Notes under the pieces: model-generated | The model's input: the letters and a program-made list of their open reading frames with translations, nothing else | Databases searched by the model: none | What the model was told of the DNA's origin: nothing | Part shown: piece by piece, positions 37,195-48,662 of the stretch | How positions within the stretch are numbered: position 1 is the stretch's first letter | Layout: each line of letters starts with the position of its first letter | Position numbers and translations under genes: made by a program | DNA from: Bacteriovoracia bacterium | GTDB lineage: Bacteria; Bdellovibrionota; UBA1018; CAIPTA01 | Assembly (NCBI GenBank): GCA_050246755.1 | Contig: JBFWVL010000001.1 | Span: 1,440,001 to 1,504,000, forward strand | Reading direction: 5' to 3' | Length of the DNA stretch: 64,000 bases

Positions 37195-38193
37195 ATGGCC
37201 CCTGACAGACAATATCAGCATGTTTCGGTTTTATTGAGCGAGTCGACCGCCCCCCTTGTAGAAAGTAAAGGGCTGGTGCTCGTGGATTGCACTTTGGGCG
37301 GTGGGGGCCACACGGAAGCGTTGCTGCGCGGGAAGCCTTCGGCCCAAGTAGTCGCCTTCGATCGCGATAAAGCCATGATCGATAAGGCCGCGATTCGTTT
37401 TCGAGAAGAAATTGCTTCGGGCCGCCTGCGTTTGGTTCATGGGAACTATGGATCTATCCGCCAGCGCTTAGCCGAGTTCGGGATTCACGCGGTAGACGGA
37501 ATTCTCGTGGATGCGGGAGTGAGCTCTTTTCAGATCGACGAGCCGGAAAGAGGTTTTTCTTTCACTAAAGCAGGGCCGCTCGATATGCGGATGGACCAGT
37601 CGCAACCGCTCACCGCGTACCAGCTGGTGAATGAGTGGCCGCGGCAAGAGCTGGAAAAGATTCTCTACGACTACGGCGAAGAGCGTTTCGCCCGGAAAAT
37701 TGTATCGCGGATTCTCGATGAGCGCAGCAAAGCGCCGATAACCGATACGCTCGCGCTCGCGCGTATCGTGGAAAACTGCTTGCCTAGGGCGCGGGGCCCG
37801 CAAAAAGGCAGTCATCCTGCCACGCGCGTATTTCAGGCCCTTCGCATCGCGGTGAACGACGAGCTCGGTGACCTAAAGCTGCTTTTGAACGAAATTCCGT
37901 CGATTTTAAATCCTGGTGGCGTGTTTTCCGCGATCGCGTTTCACTCCCTCGAGGATCGCCTGATCAAGGAAAGGCTGAAATACCTTGCGGCCGGCTGTGT
38001 TTGCCCGCCCACGATTTTTTCCTGCGCCCGCTGCGGCAAGGCCCCGGGATTTTTACTCCAGAAGAAGCCTATCACGGCTAGCGAGAAGGAATTAGAGGCG
38101 AATCCACGCTCACGGAGTGCAAAGCTCCGTGTATTCGTGCGAAACTCAGAGGAGATTTTGCAACCGGCGGTGAGGGTGGATGGCCAGCAATAA
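37195..38193 (+). CDS. rsmH: 16S rRNA m4C1402 methyltransferase
   Basis: DCTLGGGGH, GVSSFQID..RGFSF, PLDMRMD, FQALRIAVN, NPRSRSAKLR. Confidence 0.97.
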   Translation: MAPDRQYQHVSVLLSESTAPLVESKGLVLVDCTLGGGGHTEALLRGKPSAQVVAFDRDKAMIDKAAIRFREEIASGRLRLVHGNYGSIRQRLAEFGIHAVDGILVDAGVSSFQIDEPERGFSFTKAGPLDMRMDQSQPLTAYQLVNEWPRQELEKILYDYGEERFARKIVSRILDERSKAPITDTLALARIVENCLPRARGPQKGSHPATRVFQALRIAVNDELGDLKLLLNEIPSILNPGGVFSAIAFHSLEDRLIKERLKYLAAGCVCPPTIFSCARCGKAPGFLLQKKPITASEKELEANPRSRSAKLRVFVRNSEEILQPAVRVDGQQ

Positions 38194-38464
38194 CAAAGGC
38201 GGAACGTTACGGATCATGCTCGTGCTCACGGGAATCACCGTGGTCACCTTATTTTTCGTGTGGACGCGGCTGCAGAATATCCGTTTGCGGCGCGAAGGTG
38301 GGCGCCTGAAACAGCGCGAGCAGGAAGTGCTGCTCGAGAATAATCGCCTAAAACTGGAGTGGGCCCGCCTGGTTTCCCCTAAACGCCTTGAAGAACTGGG
38401 CCAAGAAAAATACAATCTAAAGAGACCCCGTCCTGAACAAGTGGTGGTTCTCAGCGAACCCTAA
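38180..38464 (+). CDS. ftsL: Cell division protein FtsL
   Basis: TM plus coiled coil, LKLEWARLVSPKRLE; lies between rsmH and ftsI. Confidence 0.85.
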   Translation: MASNNKGGTLRIMLVLTGITVVTLFFVWTRLQNIRLRREGGRLKQREQEVLLENNRLKLEWARLVSPKRLEELGQEKYNLKRPRPEQVVVLSEP

Positions 38465-38480
38465 ATGCCCGTGAGCGTAA

Positions 38481-40439
38481 ATGGATAAGAATTTTCGAAT
38501 TCGCCTAGGCGTATGCCTGCTTTTGATCGGTGCGCTCGGCGCCGGCGTGATGGTGCGCGCGGCTCTGCTCATGCTGGTTCCTTCCGATCGCTTAAGCACC
38601 GCGATGAATCGACAGTTCCGCACCGAGCCTCCTCGGTTACCCCGCCGCGGCTATATTTTGGATCGCAATAAAGAGCCGATCGCCGTGAGCATGGACGTGA
38701 AATCTCTCTTCGTGAATCCGGGCAAAGTGAAAAACAAAGCTCAACTCGCCGCCAATCTCAGCCGCATCCTGAGCATGCCGGCCTCTCAGCTTCGGAGCAA
38801 ACTGAAGAGCGATCGAGGCTTCGTGTGGCTAAAGCGCCAGCTGAGCGAATCTGAGCTTGCGGCCGTGGAAGACATGCTCGACAAGCATCCCGCCCTCACG
38901 CTTTCGCTGGGCCTTAGCAAAGAAAGCAAGCGTTTCTATCCTAACCAAAGCCTAGCGGCGCAGGCGCTCGGATTCACCGGCCTTGATTCGAATGGCCTCG
39001 AGGGCATAGAGCTTTTCTACGAGAAAGACCTCGCGGGCGAGAGCGATCCAAAAAAATATTCCGATGGGCGCTCCCTGGTGCTCACGATTGATAAGGCCCT
39101 GCAATATACCCTTGAAGAAGAGCTCGCACAGGGTCTGAAAGAAGTAGGCGGAATCGCCGCCACCGGCATCATCATGGACGCCGAAAACGGCGACATCATC
39201 GCGATGGCCTCTTCTCCTTCCTTCAATGCAAACCGTTTCGGCGGATCTACCGCCGACGCGCGCCGCAACCGCAGCGTGACCGATACCTTCGAGCCCGGGT
39301 CTACCCTAAAATCCATCGTGGTAGCGGGAGCGCTGGAAGACGGGGTGATCACGCCGAAGACGAAAGTATTCTGCGAGTACGGCCGGATGCAGATCGGCAA
39401 GCACTGGATCAACGAATCGGAAGCCAAGGACAAATGGGGCTGGCTGCGCATCGGGGAAGTGCTGCAGAAATCTTCCAACGTGGGTGCCACGAAGATCGGC
39501 TTCCTCTATGGCGCCAATAATATTTTCAATTGGCTGAAGAAAATGGGCATCACCGAAAAATCCGGTATCGATTTGCCCGGCGAGATGTCCGGATCCCTGG
39601 TGCGTCCCGAGAAATGGTCGAAGATCACGCAGAGCAATATTTCCTTCGGGCACGGTATCTCGGTTACGCCGCTGCAAATCGTGCGGGCCTACGCCGCCAT
39701 CGCCAATGGCGGCCTTCTCGTGAAGCCCCGTCTCGTAAAACAACTTTATACCTTCGAGGGTGAAATGCAGGCCGAGCTCAAGCCGGCGGCTCCCGTGCGG
39801 GTGATGAAGAAGCAGACCGCCGATATGGTGGCTACGATGCTCGAAGCAGTGGCCACCGAAGACGGCACGGCACCTAAGGCGGCAATTCCGGGATTCGTGG
39901 TGGTAGGAAAAACAGGTACCGCGCAGAAGCCGATTCCCGGCAAGGGATATAAATCAGGGAAATACATGTCGAGCTTCGTGGGCTTTGCCCGTGGGGTAAA
40001 ACCCAACTACGTGGGCTTTATTCTGATCGATGAGCCCAAATATCCTTACTACGGCGGAGAAACCGCGGCTCCGATTTTCCGGCGCGTGCTCACCGCCGCT
40101 CTCGCGCGTGAGGGAGTTTCGCCGGATCCCGAGCTCGTGAAACCTGAGTTCAGGATCGGAAAGAAAAACGGTTCTCCCCAGCAATCGGAAAGAATCGTCG
40201 CCGTGGCCGCGGCGCCGGTAGCCCCCAAAGATCTTGCCCGCGCCGACGATTACTGGATGATGCCCAATCTCGCCGGCCTCACCGCCCGCGATGCTATGGA
40301 TCTGTTCAGCAATAAGGATTTACAGCTCCAGCTGCGCGGCTCCGGTCTGGTAAAAACTCAGCGTCCTCCCGCCGGCGCGCTGCTGAAAAAGGGCGATGTC
40401 ATTTCGCTCCGCCTCGAGCGAGACACCGCACTTCCATGA
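38481..40439 (+). CDS. ftsI: Division transpeptidase FtsI/PBP3 with a C-terminal PASTA domain
   Basis: RGYILDRN, FEPGSTLK, SSN, GKTGTAQ, MPNLAGLT. Confidence 0.95.
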   Translation: MDKNFRIRLGVCLLLIGALGAGVMVRAALLMLVPSDRLSTAMNRQFRTEPPRLPRRGYILDRNKEPIAVSMDVKSLFVNPGKVKNKAQLAANLSRILSMPASQLRSKLKSDRGFVWLKRQLSESELAAVEDMLDKHPALTLSLGLSKESKRFYPNQSLAAQALGFTGLDSNGLEGIELFYEKDLAGESDPKKYSDGRSLVLTIDKALQYTLEEELAQGLKEVGGIAATGIIMDAENGDIIAMASSPSFNANRFGGSTADARRNRSVTDTFEPGSTLKSIVVAGALEDGVITPKTKVFCEYGRMQIGKHWINESEAKDKWGWLRIGEVLQKSSNVGATKIGFLYGANNIFNWLKKMGITEKSGIDLPGEMSGSLVRPEKWSKITQSNISFGHGISVTPLQIVRAYAAIANGGLLVKPRLVKQLYTFEGEMQAELKPAAPVRVMKKQTADMVATMLEAVATEDGTAPKAAIPGFVVVGKTGTAQKPIPGKGYKSGKYMSSFVGFARGVKPNYVGFILIDEPKYPYYGGETAAPIFRRVLTAALAREGVSPDPELVKPEFRIGKKNGSPQQSERIVAVAAAPVAPKDLARADDYWMMPNLAGLTARDAMDLFSNKDLQLQLRGSGLVKTQRPPAGALLKKGDVISLRLERDTALP

Positions 40440-41902
40440 GAAAAATTACGCTGGTGGAGCTTTTGCCAAATAGCTCCGCCCCCGACGTGAAAGTTACTGG
40501 CTTGCACTATGATTCCCGGAGAGTTGAGCCTGGTTTCGTTTTTTTCGCCGTGCCCGGCTTCAAAGAGGACGGCGCCAAGTACGTTCCCGCCGCTTTCGCC
40601 AATGGCGCCGTGGCCGCAGTGGTGGAAAAGGGCGCCGCAGTGCCGGCGGAATTCCGCGATCGTTGCCAAGAAGTGGACGGCGTGCGCCGGGCGCTCGCTG
40701 AAGCGGCCGCGGCATTCTACGAATTTCCCGCCCAGCGCTTGGCGCTTTTCGGCGTGACCGGCACCAAGGGAAAAACGAGCTCCACATATTTGCTGGAAGC
40801 GGTGCTGAGAGAATCGGGGAAAAAGACCGCGCTCGTGGGGGGCGTGCAATGCTGGCATCCCGGCGCTCGTTTCGATTCGAAGCTGACCACGATGGAATCC
40901 CTGGATCTGCAAAAATTTCTCTCCGACGCGGTGAACGCCGGTGCCGAAGTGGCGGTGCTGGAAGTTTCTTCCCACGCTCTTTCCCTCGACCGCGTGTGGG
41001 GTTGCCACTTCCAGGGTGTGCTATTCACAAATCTTTACGAAGACCATCTCGATTTCTACGGTTCTATGGATCCCTACTTCGCCGCTAAAAAGCTTCTCTT
41101 CGACGAGCCCTATCGCGGGTCTGGCACCGTGGCGGTGGCCAACCTCGATTCGATTTACGGGACACGGCTCGTGGCGGAGTGCCCGGGGAAATGGAATACC
41201 TTCGGAAAAAATAAGGGTGATTTTCCGGTAACCCATTCGGAATATAGCGAAGCGGGAGTCAGGCTGGAAATCGATGCCGGTCCGGGAGGAAAAGTGAAGG
41301 TCGATTCCCAGCTCTTCGGGGCCTTCAACGAGCAAAACGTGGCGGGAGTGGCCGTGCTCGCCCTCGCGCTTGGTTATCCAGTAGAAACCATTCAGCGGGG
41401 GATCGCTTCTCTAGCGGCGGTTCCGGGACGCGTGGAACGCGTGCCCACGTCGTTACCCTTTTCGGTATTCGTCGATTACGCCCACATGGGCCCCGCGCTG
41501 GAAAACGTGCTCACTTCTCTCCGGCCTTTTTGCAAAGGAGCGTTATCGGTAGTGGTGGGCGCCGGGGGCGATCGGCCCCCAGAAAGAAGAACGGGCCTGG
41601 GGGCGGCGGCAGCTAAGCTGGCCGATTTCACCGTGATCACCTCCGACAATCCCCGCACCGAGGATCCCCGTAAAATTATTTCGGCCGTGGAAAAAGCATT
41701 TCTCGATGCGGGCGGGGGCCTTTACCAGATAGAACCAGACCGGCGCGCCGCCATTCGCCTCGCCTTGCAGAAAGCAAAGCCTGGCGACATTATCTGCATC
41801 GCGGGCAAGGGCCACGAAAGCGGGCAAACCATCGGCACGAAAACCATGCCTTTCGACGACCGCGTGGAAGCGGCCGCGGCGCTACGAGACCTCGAGGCCT
41901 AG
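40436..41902 (+). CDS. murE: UDP-MurNAc-tripeptide synthetase, meso-DAP type
   Basis: DSRRV, GVTGTKGKTS, EVSSHAL, DHLDF, VDYAH, SDNPR, AGKGHE. Confidence 0.95.
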   Translation: MRKITLVELLPNSSAPDVKVTGLHYDSRRVEPGFVFFAVPGFKEDGAKYVPAAFANGAVAAVVEKGAAVPAEFRDRCQEVDGVRRALAEAAAAFYEFPAQRLALFGVTGTKGKTSSTYLLEAVLRESGKKTALVGGVQCWHPGARFDSKLTTMESLDLQKFLSDAVNAGAEVAVLEVSSHALSLDRVWGCHFQGVLFTNLYEDHLDFYGSMDPYFAAKKLLFDEPYRGSGTVAVANLDSIYGTRLVAECPGKWNTFGKNKGDFPVTHSEYSEAGVRLEIDAGPGGKVKVDSQLFGAFNEQNVAGVAVLALALGYPVETIQRGIASLAAVPGRVERVPTSLPFSVFVDYAHMGPALENVLTSLRPFCKGALSVVVGAGGDRPPERRTGLGAAAAKLADFTVITSDNPRTEDPRKIISAVEKAFLDAGGGLYQIEPDRRAAIRLALQKAKPGDIICIAGKGHESGQTIGTKTMPFDDRVEAAAALRDLEA

Positions 41903-41949
41903 TTTATACATCCCGCAGCATTTCTGCTTTTTTCAGCGCTTCTAAGGGG

Positions 41950-41979
41950 TTGACACGCCCCTCGGAAATTGACCAAGAT
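41950..41979 (+). promoter_or_regulatory. Sigma70-type promoter directly before mraY (leaderless geometry)
   Basis: TTGACA-N18-CAAGAT, 5 nt before ATG 41985; no SD sequence. Confidence 0.55.
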
Positions 41980-41984
41980 ACAAA

Positions 41985-43061
41985 ATGCTCTATTACTTTC
42001 TTTTCCCGATGGCGGGCGAGGTCGGCCTTTTTAACGTATTTCGCTACATCACTTTCCGCGGCCTGGGCGCGGCGATGACGGCCCTCCTTATATCCCTTGT
42101 GCTCGGCCCCTTTTTTATCGGCTGGCTAAAAAAGCTGCAGATGGGGCAGGTAGTGCGCACCGATGGCCCGCAGACCCACCTTAAAAAATCCGGTACCCCC
42201 ACGATGGGCGGAATTCTTATTCTCTTTTCGATGCTGGTTTCGCTTTTGCTCTGGGGCGATTTGGCGAGTAAGGAATTTTGGATCGTGCTCTTTGTAACGA
42301 TCGGCTACGGCTTAATTGGCTGGGTAGACGATTACCGCAAAGTGGTGAGAAAAAATCCCAAGGGCTTGTCTGCCAGGCAAAAGCTTTTTTTCCAAATTCT
42401 CGTGGCCGCGGTGGCTGGCTGGCTATTGCAGAATTATACCGGTGTGAATTCCGAGCTTCACGTTCCCTTCTTTAAGCACTTCGCGCTGGATCTCGGCTGG
42501 CTTTATATTCCATTTTCTCTCTGCGTGATCGTGGGTGCTTCTAACGCTGTGAACTTAACCGACGGGCTCGACGGACTGGCCATTGGCCCAGTGATTACTA
42601 CGGCGGCTACCTTCATGGCGCTTGCCTATGTGGCCGGGCACGTGAAAATCGCTGAATATCTCGAGATTCCTTATATCGCCGGGGCCAGTGAGCTCGCGGT
42701 ATATGCTTCGGCCATGGCCGCCGCGGGCCTCGGCTTCCTGTGGTTTAATTCTCATCCCGCTCAAGTATTTATGGGTGACGTGGGTAGTTTGGCGCTAGGC
42801 GGCGGAATCGGCGCTTTGGCGGTAGTCACGAAAAACGAAATTCTGCTATTGGTGGTGGGCGGCGTCTTTGTTATGGAAGCGCTATCCGTGATGATTCAGG
42901 TGGCCTCCTTCAAGTTGAGGGGGAAGCGGGTTTTTAAAATGGCCCCCATCCATCATCACTTTGAGCTCAAGGGGTGGCCGGAGCCGAAGGTGATCGTGAG
43001 ATTTTGGATTATTTCTGCCTTATTGGCGATCGCCGCTTTGTCTACGTTGAAGCTGCGCTAG
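41985..43061 (+). CDS. mraY: Phospho-MurNAc-pentapeptide transferase
   Basis: [42 protein letters not shown]. Confidence 0.97.
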   Translation: MLYYFLFPMAGEVGLFNVFRYITFRGLGAAMTALLISLVLGPFFIGWLKKLQMGQVVRTDGPQTHLKKSGTPTMGGILILFSMLVSLLLWGDLASKEFWIVLFVTIGYGLIGWVDDYRKVVRKNPKGLSARQKLFFQILVAAVAGWLLQNYTGVNSELHVPFFKHFALDLGWLYIPFSLCVIVGASNAVNLTDGLDGLAIGPVITTAATFMALAYVAGHVKIAEYLEIPYIAGASELAVYASAMAAAGLGFLWFNSHPAQVFMGDVGSLALGGGIGALAVVTKNEILLLVVGGVFVMEALSVMIQVASFKLRGKRVFKMAPIHHHFELKGWPEPKVIVRFWIISALLAIAALSTLKLR

Positions 43062-43073
43062 GGGATTTTGGTT

Positions 43074-44474
43074 ATGTCGAAAGCGATGAATTATAGCGGA
43101 AAAAAAATTGTGATCATGGGACTCGGAAAATCTTCCGTGGCCCTCGCCAAATTATTGCACTCCCGCGGAGCCCAAATTTCCGTGAGCGAAATGAACCCGA
43201 AGGATCAGGTGGCCGAGCCGGCTAAAGAGCTTGCCGCCCTCAAACCCGAGATCGAAGCGGAATACGGCAAACATACCCCCCAGCTTTTTCTCGAGGCCGA
43301 CGTGGTGGTGGTGTCCCCCGGAATACGCCCGGATACGAAGCCCTTAGACGAAGTTCGGGCCAAGGGCATTCCCATCGTGAGCGACGTGGAATTGCTCGCC
43401 CAGGAAATCAACGTGCCCATCCTCGCCATTGCGGGCAGCGAAGGCAAGACTTCAGTGGCTTTTCTCCTTCGTGCTTTCATGGAGGCCGGCAAGAAAACCG
43501 CGTTTTTTAGCGGCGACCACGGCGAGCCCCTCGCGAATTTTTTGCTCAAAGGCTCTAAGGCCGACTACGTGGTGCTCGAGCTGTCCCCTTTCCAGCTTGA
43601 TAATATCCAGCAATTAAAGCCCTACGTATTCGTGCTCACTTCGCTCCAGCCTCCTTTTCCGGAGCGCTTTTCCACGCCCGAGCTCTACGGACAAACGCTG
43701 AGAAACGTGTTGAGCAATCTCGACGACAAGTGCTTCATCGTCTACAACTTTCGCGACTCCAACCTCAAGGCCCTCGTGGCCGGAAATCCGGCCCCCAAGC
43801 GCGTGTACCGCCGCAAAGATCCCATCAGCCTCGGCGAAGAAACGGCGCGCCTCTACAAGGGCTGCTGGCTCGCCTCGAGCGGGCGCGAGCTCGTGTGGAA
43901 AGAGACCGAGCAAAATCGCACCACATTTAATCTCCGCGGTCTCAAGCTCTACGGATTGCATAACCGCGATAATCTGATGGCCGCCCTCAACGTGGCGAAG
44001 ATCATCGGTATCTCCAACGAAGCGATCCAAAAAGTGATCGACACTTTTCCGGGTGTGCCGCATCGCCTCGAATTCGTGAAGAAAAAGGGAGGCGTGCAGC
44101 TGATCAACGATTCTCGTTCCACGAATGTGGACACGCTTCGTCTGGCTCTCGATTCTTTTCCCTTAGACCCCGTAATTTTAATCGCCGGAGGCCGGGATGC
44201 TCAGGCGGACTTCACGTCCCTCTCGGATATCATCAAGACCCGTGTAAAAACCCTGGTGCTGGTGGGCGAGGCGAAAGAGCATATTAACCGCTGCCTGGGT
44301 GATTTTTCGGAGACCTTTCTGGTCGGGACATTTGAAGAAGCCGTTTTGCTCTCGTACCAGAAGTCGCGCGAGGGAGATATCATCTTGTTGTCCCCGGGCT
44401 GCGAGAGTTACGATATGTTTGTAAGCTATGAAGAGCGCGGCAATTACTTCAAGAAGTACGTCGAAGAAATTTAG
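43074..44474 (+). CDS. murD: MurD-like ligase with degenerate catalytic motifs
   Basis: Position in dcw; GLGKS, VVSPGI, HRLE, NDS, LIAGG, LLSPGC.S.DMF..YEERG..F; several motifs altered (see findings). Confidence 0.85.
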   Translation: MSKAMNYSGKKIVIMGLGKSSVALAKLLHSRGAQISVSEMNPKDQVAEPAKELAALKPEIEAEYGKHTPQLFLEADVVVVSPGIRPDTKPLDEVRAKGIPIVSDVELLAQEINVPILAIAGSEGKTSVAFLLRAFMEAGKKTAFFSGDHGEPLANFLLKGSKADYVVLELSPFQLDNIQQLKPYVFVLTSLQPPFPERFSTPELYGQTLRNVLSNLDDKCFIVYNFRDSNLKALVAGNPAPKRVYRRKDPISLGEETARLYKGCWLASSGRELVWKETEQNRTTFNLRGLKLYGLHNRDNLMAALNVAKIIGISNEAIQKVIDTFPGVPHRLEFVKKKGGVQLINDSRSTNVDTLRLALDSFPLDPVILIAGGRDAQADFTSLSDIIKTRVKTLVLVGEAKEHINRCLGDFSETFLVGTFEEAVLLSYQKSREGDIILLSPGCESYDMFVSYEERGNYFKKYVEEI

Positions 44475-44504
44475 CGCGCCACTCTCACAATCGGAAAGCC
44501 GACA

Positions 44505-45650
44505 ATGAAGTTAGCTCTCTCTCAAAATTTTTCTTTTCTGCCCGTCACCAAGGGCGGGCCCGTAGATAAGCTTCTTTTATTCACGGCCCTCAGCCTCGCC
44601 GCCTTCGGGCTCGTGATGGTGTATTCCGCGAGCTATATCCTTTCCCAGGAAAAATTCGGCGACGGTCTCTATTATTTCAATCACCACCTGATCTACCTAA
44701 TGATGGGCTTGGCCTGCATGACGGTCTGCCGCTTCCTCGACTACCGCGTTTGGGAAAAGCTCGCGCCGTATCTTCTGTCCGTAGGTTTCTTTCTCATGGC
44801 GCTCACCCAGATCCCCGGCCTCGGCCACCGCGCGGGCGGGGCCAGCCGCTGGATCAACGTGGCCGGATTTTCCCTGCAGCCCGTGGAATTTGCGAAGGTG
44901 GCGGTGGTGATCATGCTCGCGCGTCTGCTCGCCCGGCCCGACCAGGAGTTCGGTAAGGTGACGACCGGATTTCTTTTTCACCTCTGGCCCAGCGTGGTGA
45001 TGATTTTTTTCTGCATGCTGCAGTCCGATTTCGGCAGCACGGCCCTCATCATCGCCACCACGGGCCTGATGCTCTACTTGGGTGGCGTACAATTGAAGTA
45101 TCTCGCTGGGGCGGCATTAGCGGTGGTCCCTCTCTTGGCCGGTGCGATCATCGTGGCGCCGTATCGTCTCGCGCGCTTGCTTACTTTCCTCGATCCTTGG
45201 GCCGATCCCCAAGGGGCGGGTTTCCAGATCGTGCAATCTTTCATCGCCTTTTATCGTGGCGGTTTATTCGGCGTCGGCCTCGGTAACAGCAAGGCGAAAA
45301 TCTTTTATCTTCCCGAGGCGCATAACGATTTTATTCTTAGCGTGGTGGGGGAAGAGCTCGGATTTCTCGGTATCGCGCTCCTGAGTCTCACGCTCATGCT
45401 CCTAGTGTTCCGCGGGATCCGCGCGGCGGCCAAGGCCGACACCCGCTATGCCGAGATGCTCGCCGCCGGCCTCACGATTCTGCTTGGGTTCGAGGTTTTC
45501 TGGAATGCCGCGATCGTGCTTGGGCTTCTTCCTACCAAGGGAATGAATATGCCGTTCATCTCGAGCGGGGGCTCTTCGATCATTTGCGCGCTCTCGATCA
45601 TCGGGATTCTCCTCAACGTTTCCGCTCAGGCGCGGCGCGAAGCCCGGTAA
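44505..45650 (+). CDS. ftsW: SEDS family peptidoglycan polymerase FtsW
   Basis: GLVMVYSAS, GASRWI, QPVEFAK, LPEAHNDFI, EELGF, PTKG..MPFISSGGSS. Confidence 0.96.
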   Translation: MKLALSQNFSFLPVTKGGPVDKLLLFTALSLAAFGLVMVYSASYILSQEKFGDGLYYFNHHLIYLMMGLACMTVCRFLDYRVWEKLAPYLLSVGFFLMALTQIPGLGHRAGGASRWINVAGFSLQPVEFAKVAVVIMLARLLARPDQEFGKVTTGFLFHLWPSVVMIFFCMLQSDFGSTALIIATTGLMLYLGGVQLKYLAGAALAVVPLLAGAIIVAPYRLARLLTFLDPWADPQGAGFQIVQSFIAFYRGGLFGVGLGNSKAKIFYLPEAHNDFILSVVGEELGFLGIALLSLTLMLLVFRGIRAAAKADTRYAEMLAAGLTILLGFEVFWNAAIVLGLLPTKGMNMPFISSGGSSIICALSIIGILLNVSAQARREAR

Positions 45651-45651
45651 A

Positions 45652-46752
45652 ATGGCAAGTTCTCCCCGCAAACTACGCATCGCTTTCGCCGGAGGCGGCT
45701 CCGGCGGGCATCTCTATCCCCAGGTGGCGGTGGCGGGGGAGATTCGCAAACTCGCGCCCGATACCGAGATATTCTTCGTGAGCGCGAAGGGCAGCATCGA
45801 GGAAAAGCTTGTTCCCAGGGCGGGCTATGAATTGGTGCTCATTCCTTCCGGCAAGCTCAAGGGGCAGGGACTGCTCAGTACTTTCAAGACTCTCGTATCG
45901 CTTTTTCTCTCCGTTTTCGTATGCGCAAAAATTCTGCTCACTCGTCGTCCGGATCTGATCTTCAGTGCCGGAGGCTACGCGGGGGCGCCCTTCCTTGTGC
46001 TGGGCTCGATCTGCGGCGTGCGCTGCGAGATCCTCGAGCAGAACCGCATGCCGGGTTTGGCGAACCGTTGGATGGCGAAATTCTGCAAGCGCATCTACGT
46101 GAACTTCGCCGCCTCCAGTGAAAAATTCCCGGGCAAAGATGTGCGTGCCGTGGGGCATCCCTGCCGTCCCGAAATCGAGAAGGCGCGCTGGAATAATCCC
46201 GAAGCCGACGCTTTATTCAAAGCCAATCCCTTCAAGATCTTCGTGTTCGGTGGCTCGCAGGGAGCAATGGGAATCAATCGTCTCCTGACCCAAGCCGCGC
46301 CGTTTTGGAAAGGCCTGGAGATCGAAATTCTCCACCAAACCGGCGAAGCCGATTTCGAACGCACGAAAAAAGAGTATCACGAGGCCGGTTTCACGAAAGT
46401 TCGGGTGGAGAAATTCATCTTCGAAATGGCCGAATCGTTTAAGGCATCGCACTTGGTGATTTGCCGCGCGGGCGCGGGAAGCCTGGCGGAGCTGGCGGCC
46501 GCGGGTAAGGCGGCCATCTTGATCCCCCTCGTTTCCAAGGACCGTCACCAAGAATTCAATGCCACCGAGATCGAGAAGCTCGGCGCGGCGCTTTCTTTCC
46601 TGCAGGGCAAGCTCACGGGGCAAATCCTTGCGGGCGCGGTGAAAGACCTTTACGGTGACCGCTCGAAATTAAAATCCCTGGCGCAAAAAATGAGCGAGCT
46701 GCACAAGCCCGATGCCGCGATTCAGATCGCGCGCGGAATTTTAGAAGGATAG
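45652..46752 (+). CDS. murG: Undecaprenyl-PP-MurNAc-pentapeptide GlcNAc transferase
   Basis: GGGSGGHLYP, GGY, EQN..PG.AN, GGSQGA, RAGAGSLAE. Confidence 0.96.
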   Translation: MASSPRKLRIAFAGGGSGGHLYPQVAVAGEIRKLAPDTEIFFVSAKGSIEEKLVPRAGYELVLIPSGKLKGQGLLSTFKTLVSLFLSVFVCAKILLTRRPDLIFSAGGYAGAPFLVLGSICGVRCEILEQNRMPGLANRWMAKFCKRIYVNFAASSEKFPGKDVRAVGHPCRPEIEKARWNNPEADALFKANPFKIFVFGGSQGAMGINRLLTQAAPFWKGLEIEILHQTGEADFERTKKEYHEAGFTKVRVEKFIFEMAESFKASHLVICRAGAGSLAELAAAGKAAILIPLVSKDRHQEFNATEIEKLGAALSFLQGKLTGQILAGAVKDLYGDRSKLKSLAQKMSELHKPDAAIQIARGILEG

Positions 46753-48123
<1,371 letters not shown>

Positions 48124-48165
48124 CCCGTTAAATGAATATTATTCTTCCGGCTCGTACCTACGCGT

Positions 48166-48597
48166 CTACTTCAGCCAAGTGGGCAGCTTCAGCGCCAGCT
48201 CGTAGTCGATCCAGCAATTTCCCGTATAATCCAAGGGACCGCCCGAGCCGGGTTTGCGGTAATTATAGGCCGTAGCTTGGAGCCCCGGCTGTCCGCGCAG
48301 GAATTTGCGCTGTGAGCCCGCGGAAACGGCGAAGATGGCGCCGGCTTCGAAAGAAATGAAAGTGATTTTCTTTTCGAAGAGGTCTGCATCCTCGAGCCGC
48401 ACCGGATAGCTTTCTTGCAAGCTATTGCCGAAAAAAGTACGGCGTTCGTAGCGGAAAGAAGTGGGCGTAATGGGATTTTCGTTCAGCAGGAAAATTTGGT
48501 GCAGGTAGGAGCGGCCGCTGCATTCGGCCACGAGTTTTTCTTCGGCGCTTGCGCAGGGAGAGCTCATGAGGGCGATGAGGATCAAAATTTTGGTCAT
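48166..48597 (-). CDS. Secreted hypothetical protein inserted antisense within dcw
   Basis: GGGAG RBS, signal peptide ending CASA, two further Cys. Confidence 0.7.
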   Translation of the reverse strand: MTKILILIALMSSPCASAEEKLVAECSGRSYLHQIFLLNENPITPTSFRYERRTFFGNSLQESYPVRLEDADLFEKKITFISFEAGAIFAVSAGSQRKFLRGQPGLQATAYNYRKPGSGGPLDYTGNCWIDYELALKLPTWLK

Positions 48598-48662
48598 TAG
48601 CGTCTCCCCGGTTGGTCACTTTGGAGATCGCACGATTTGGCGTTTTGCGCTAGATTCTTCTG

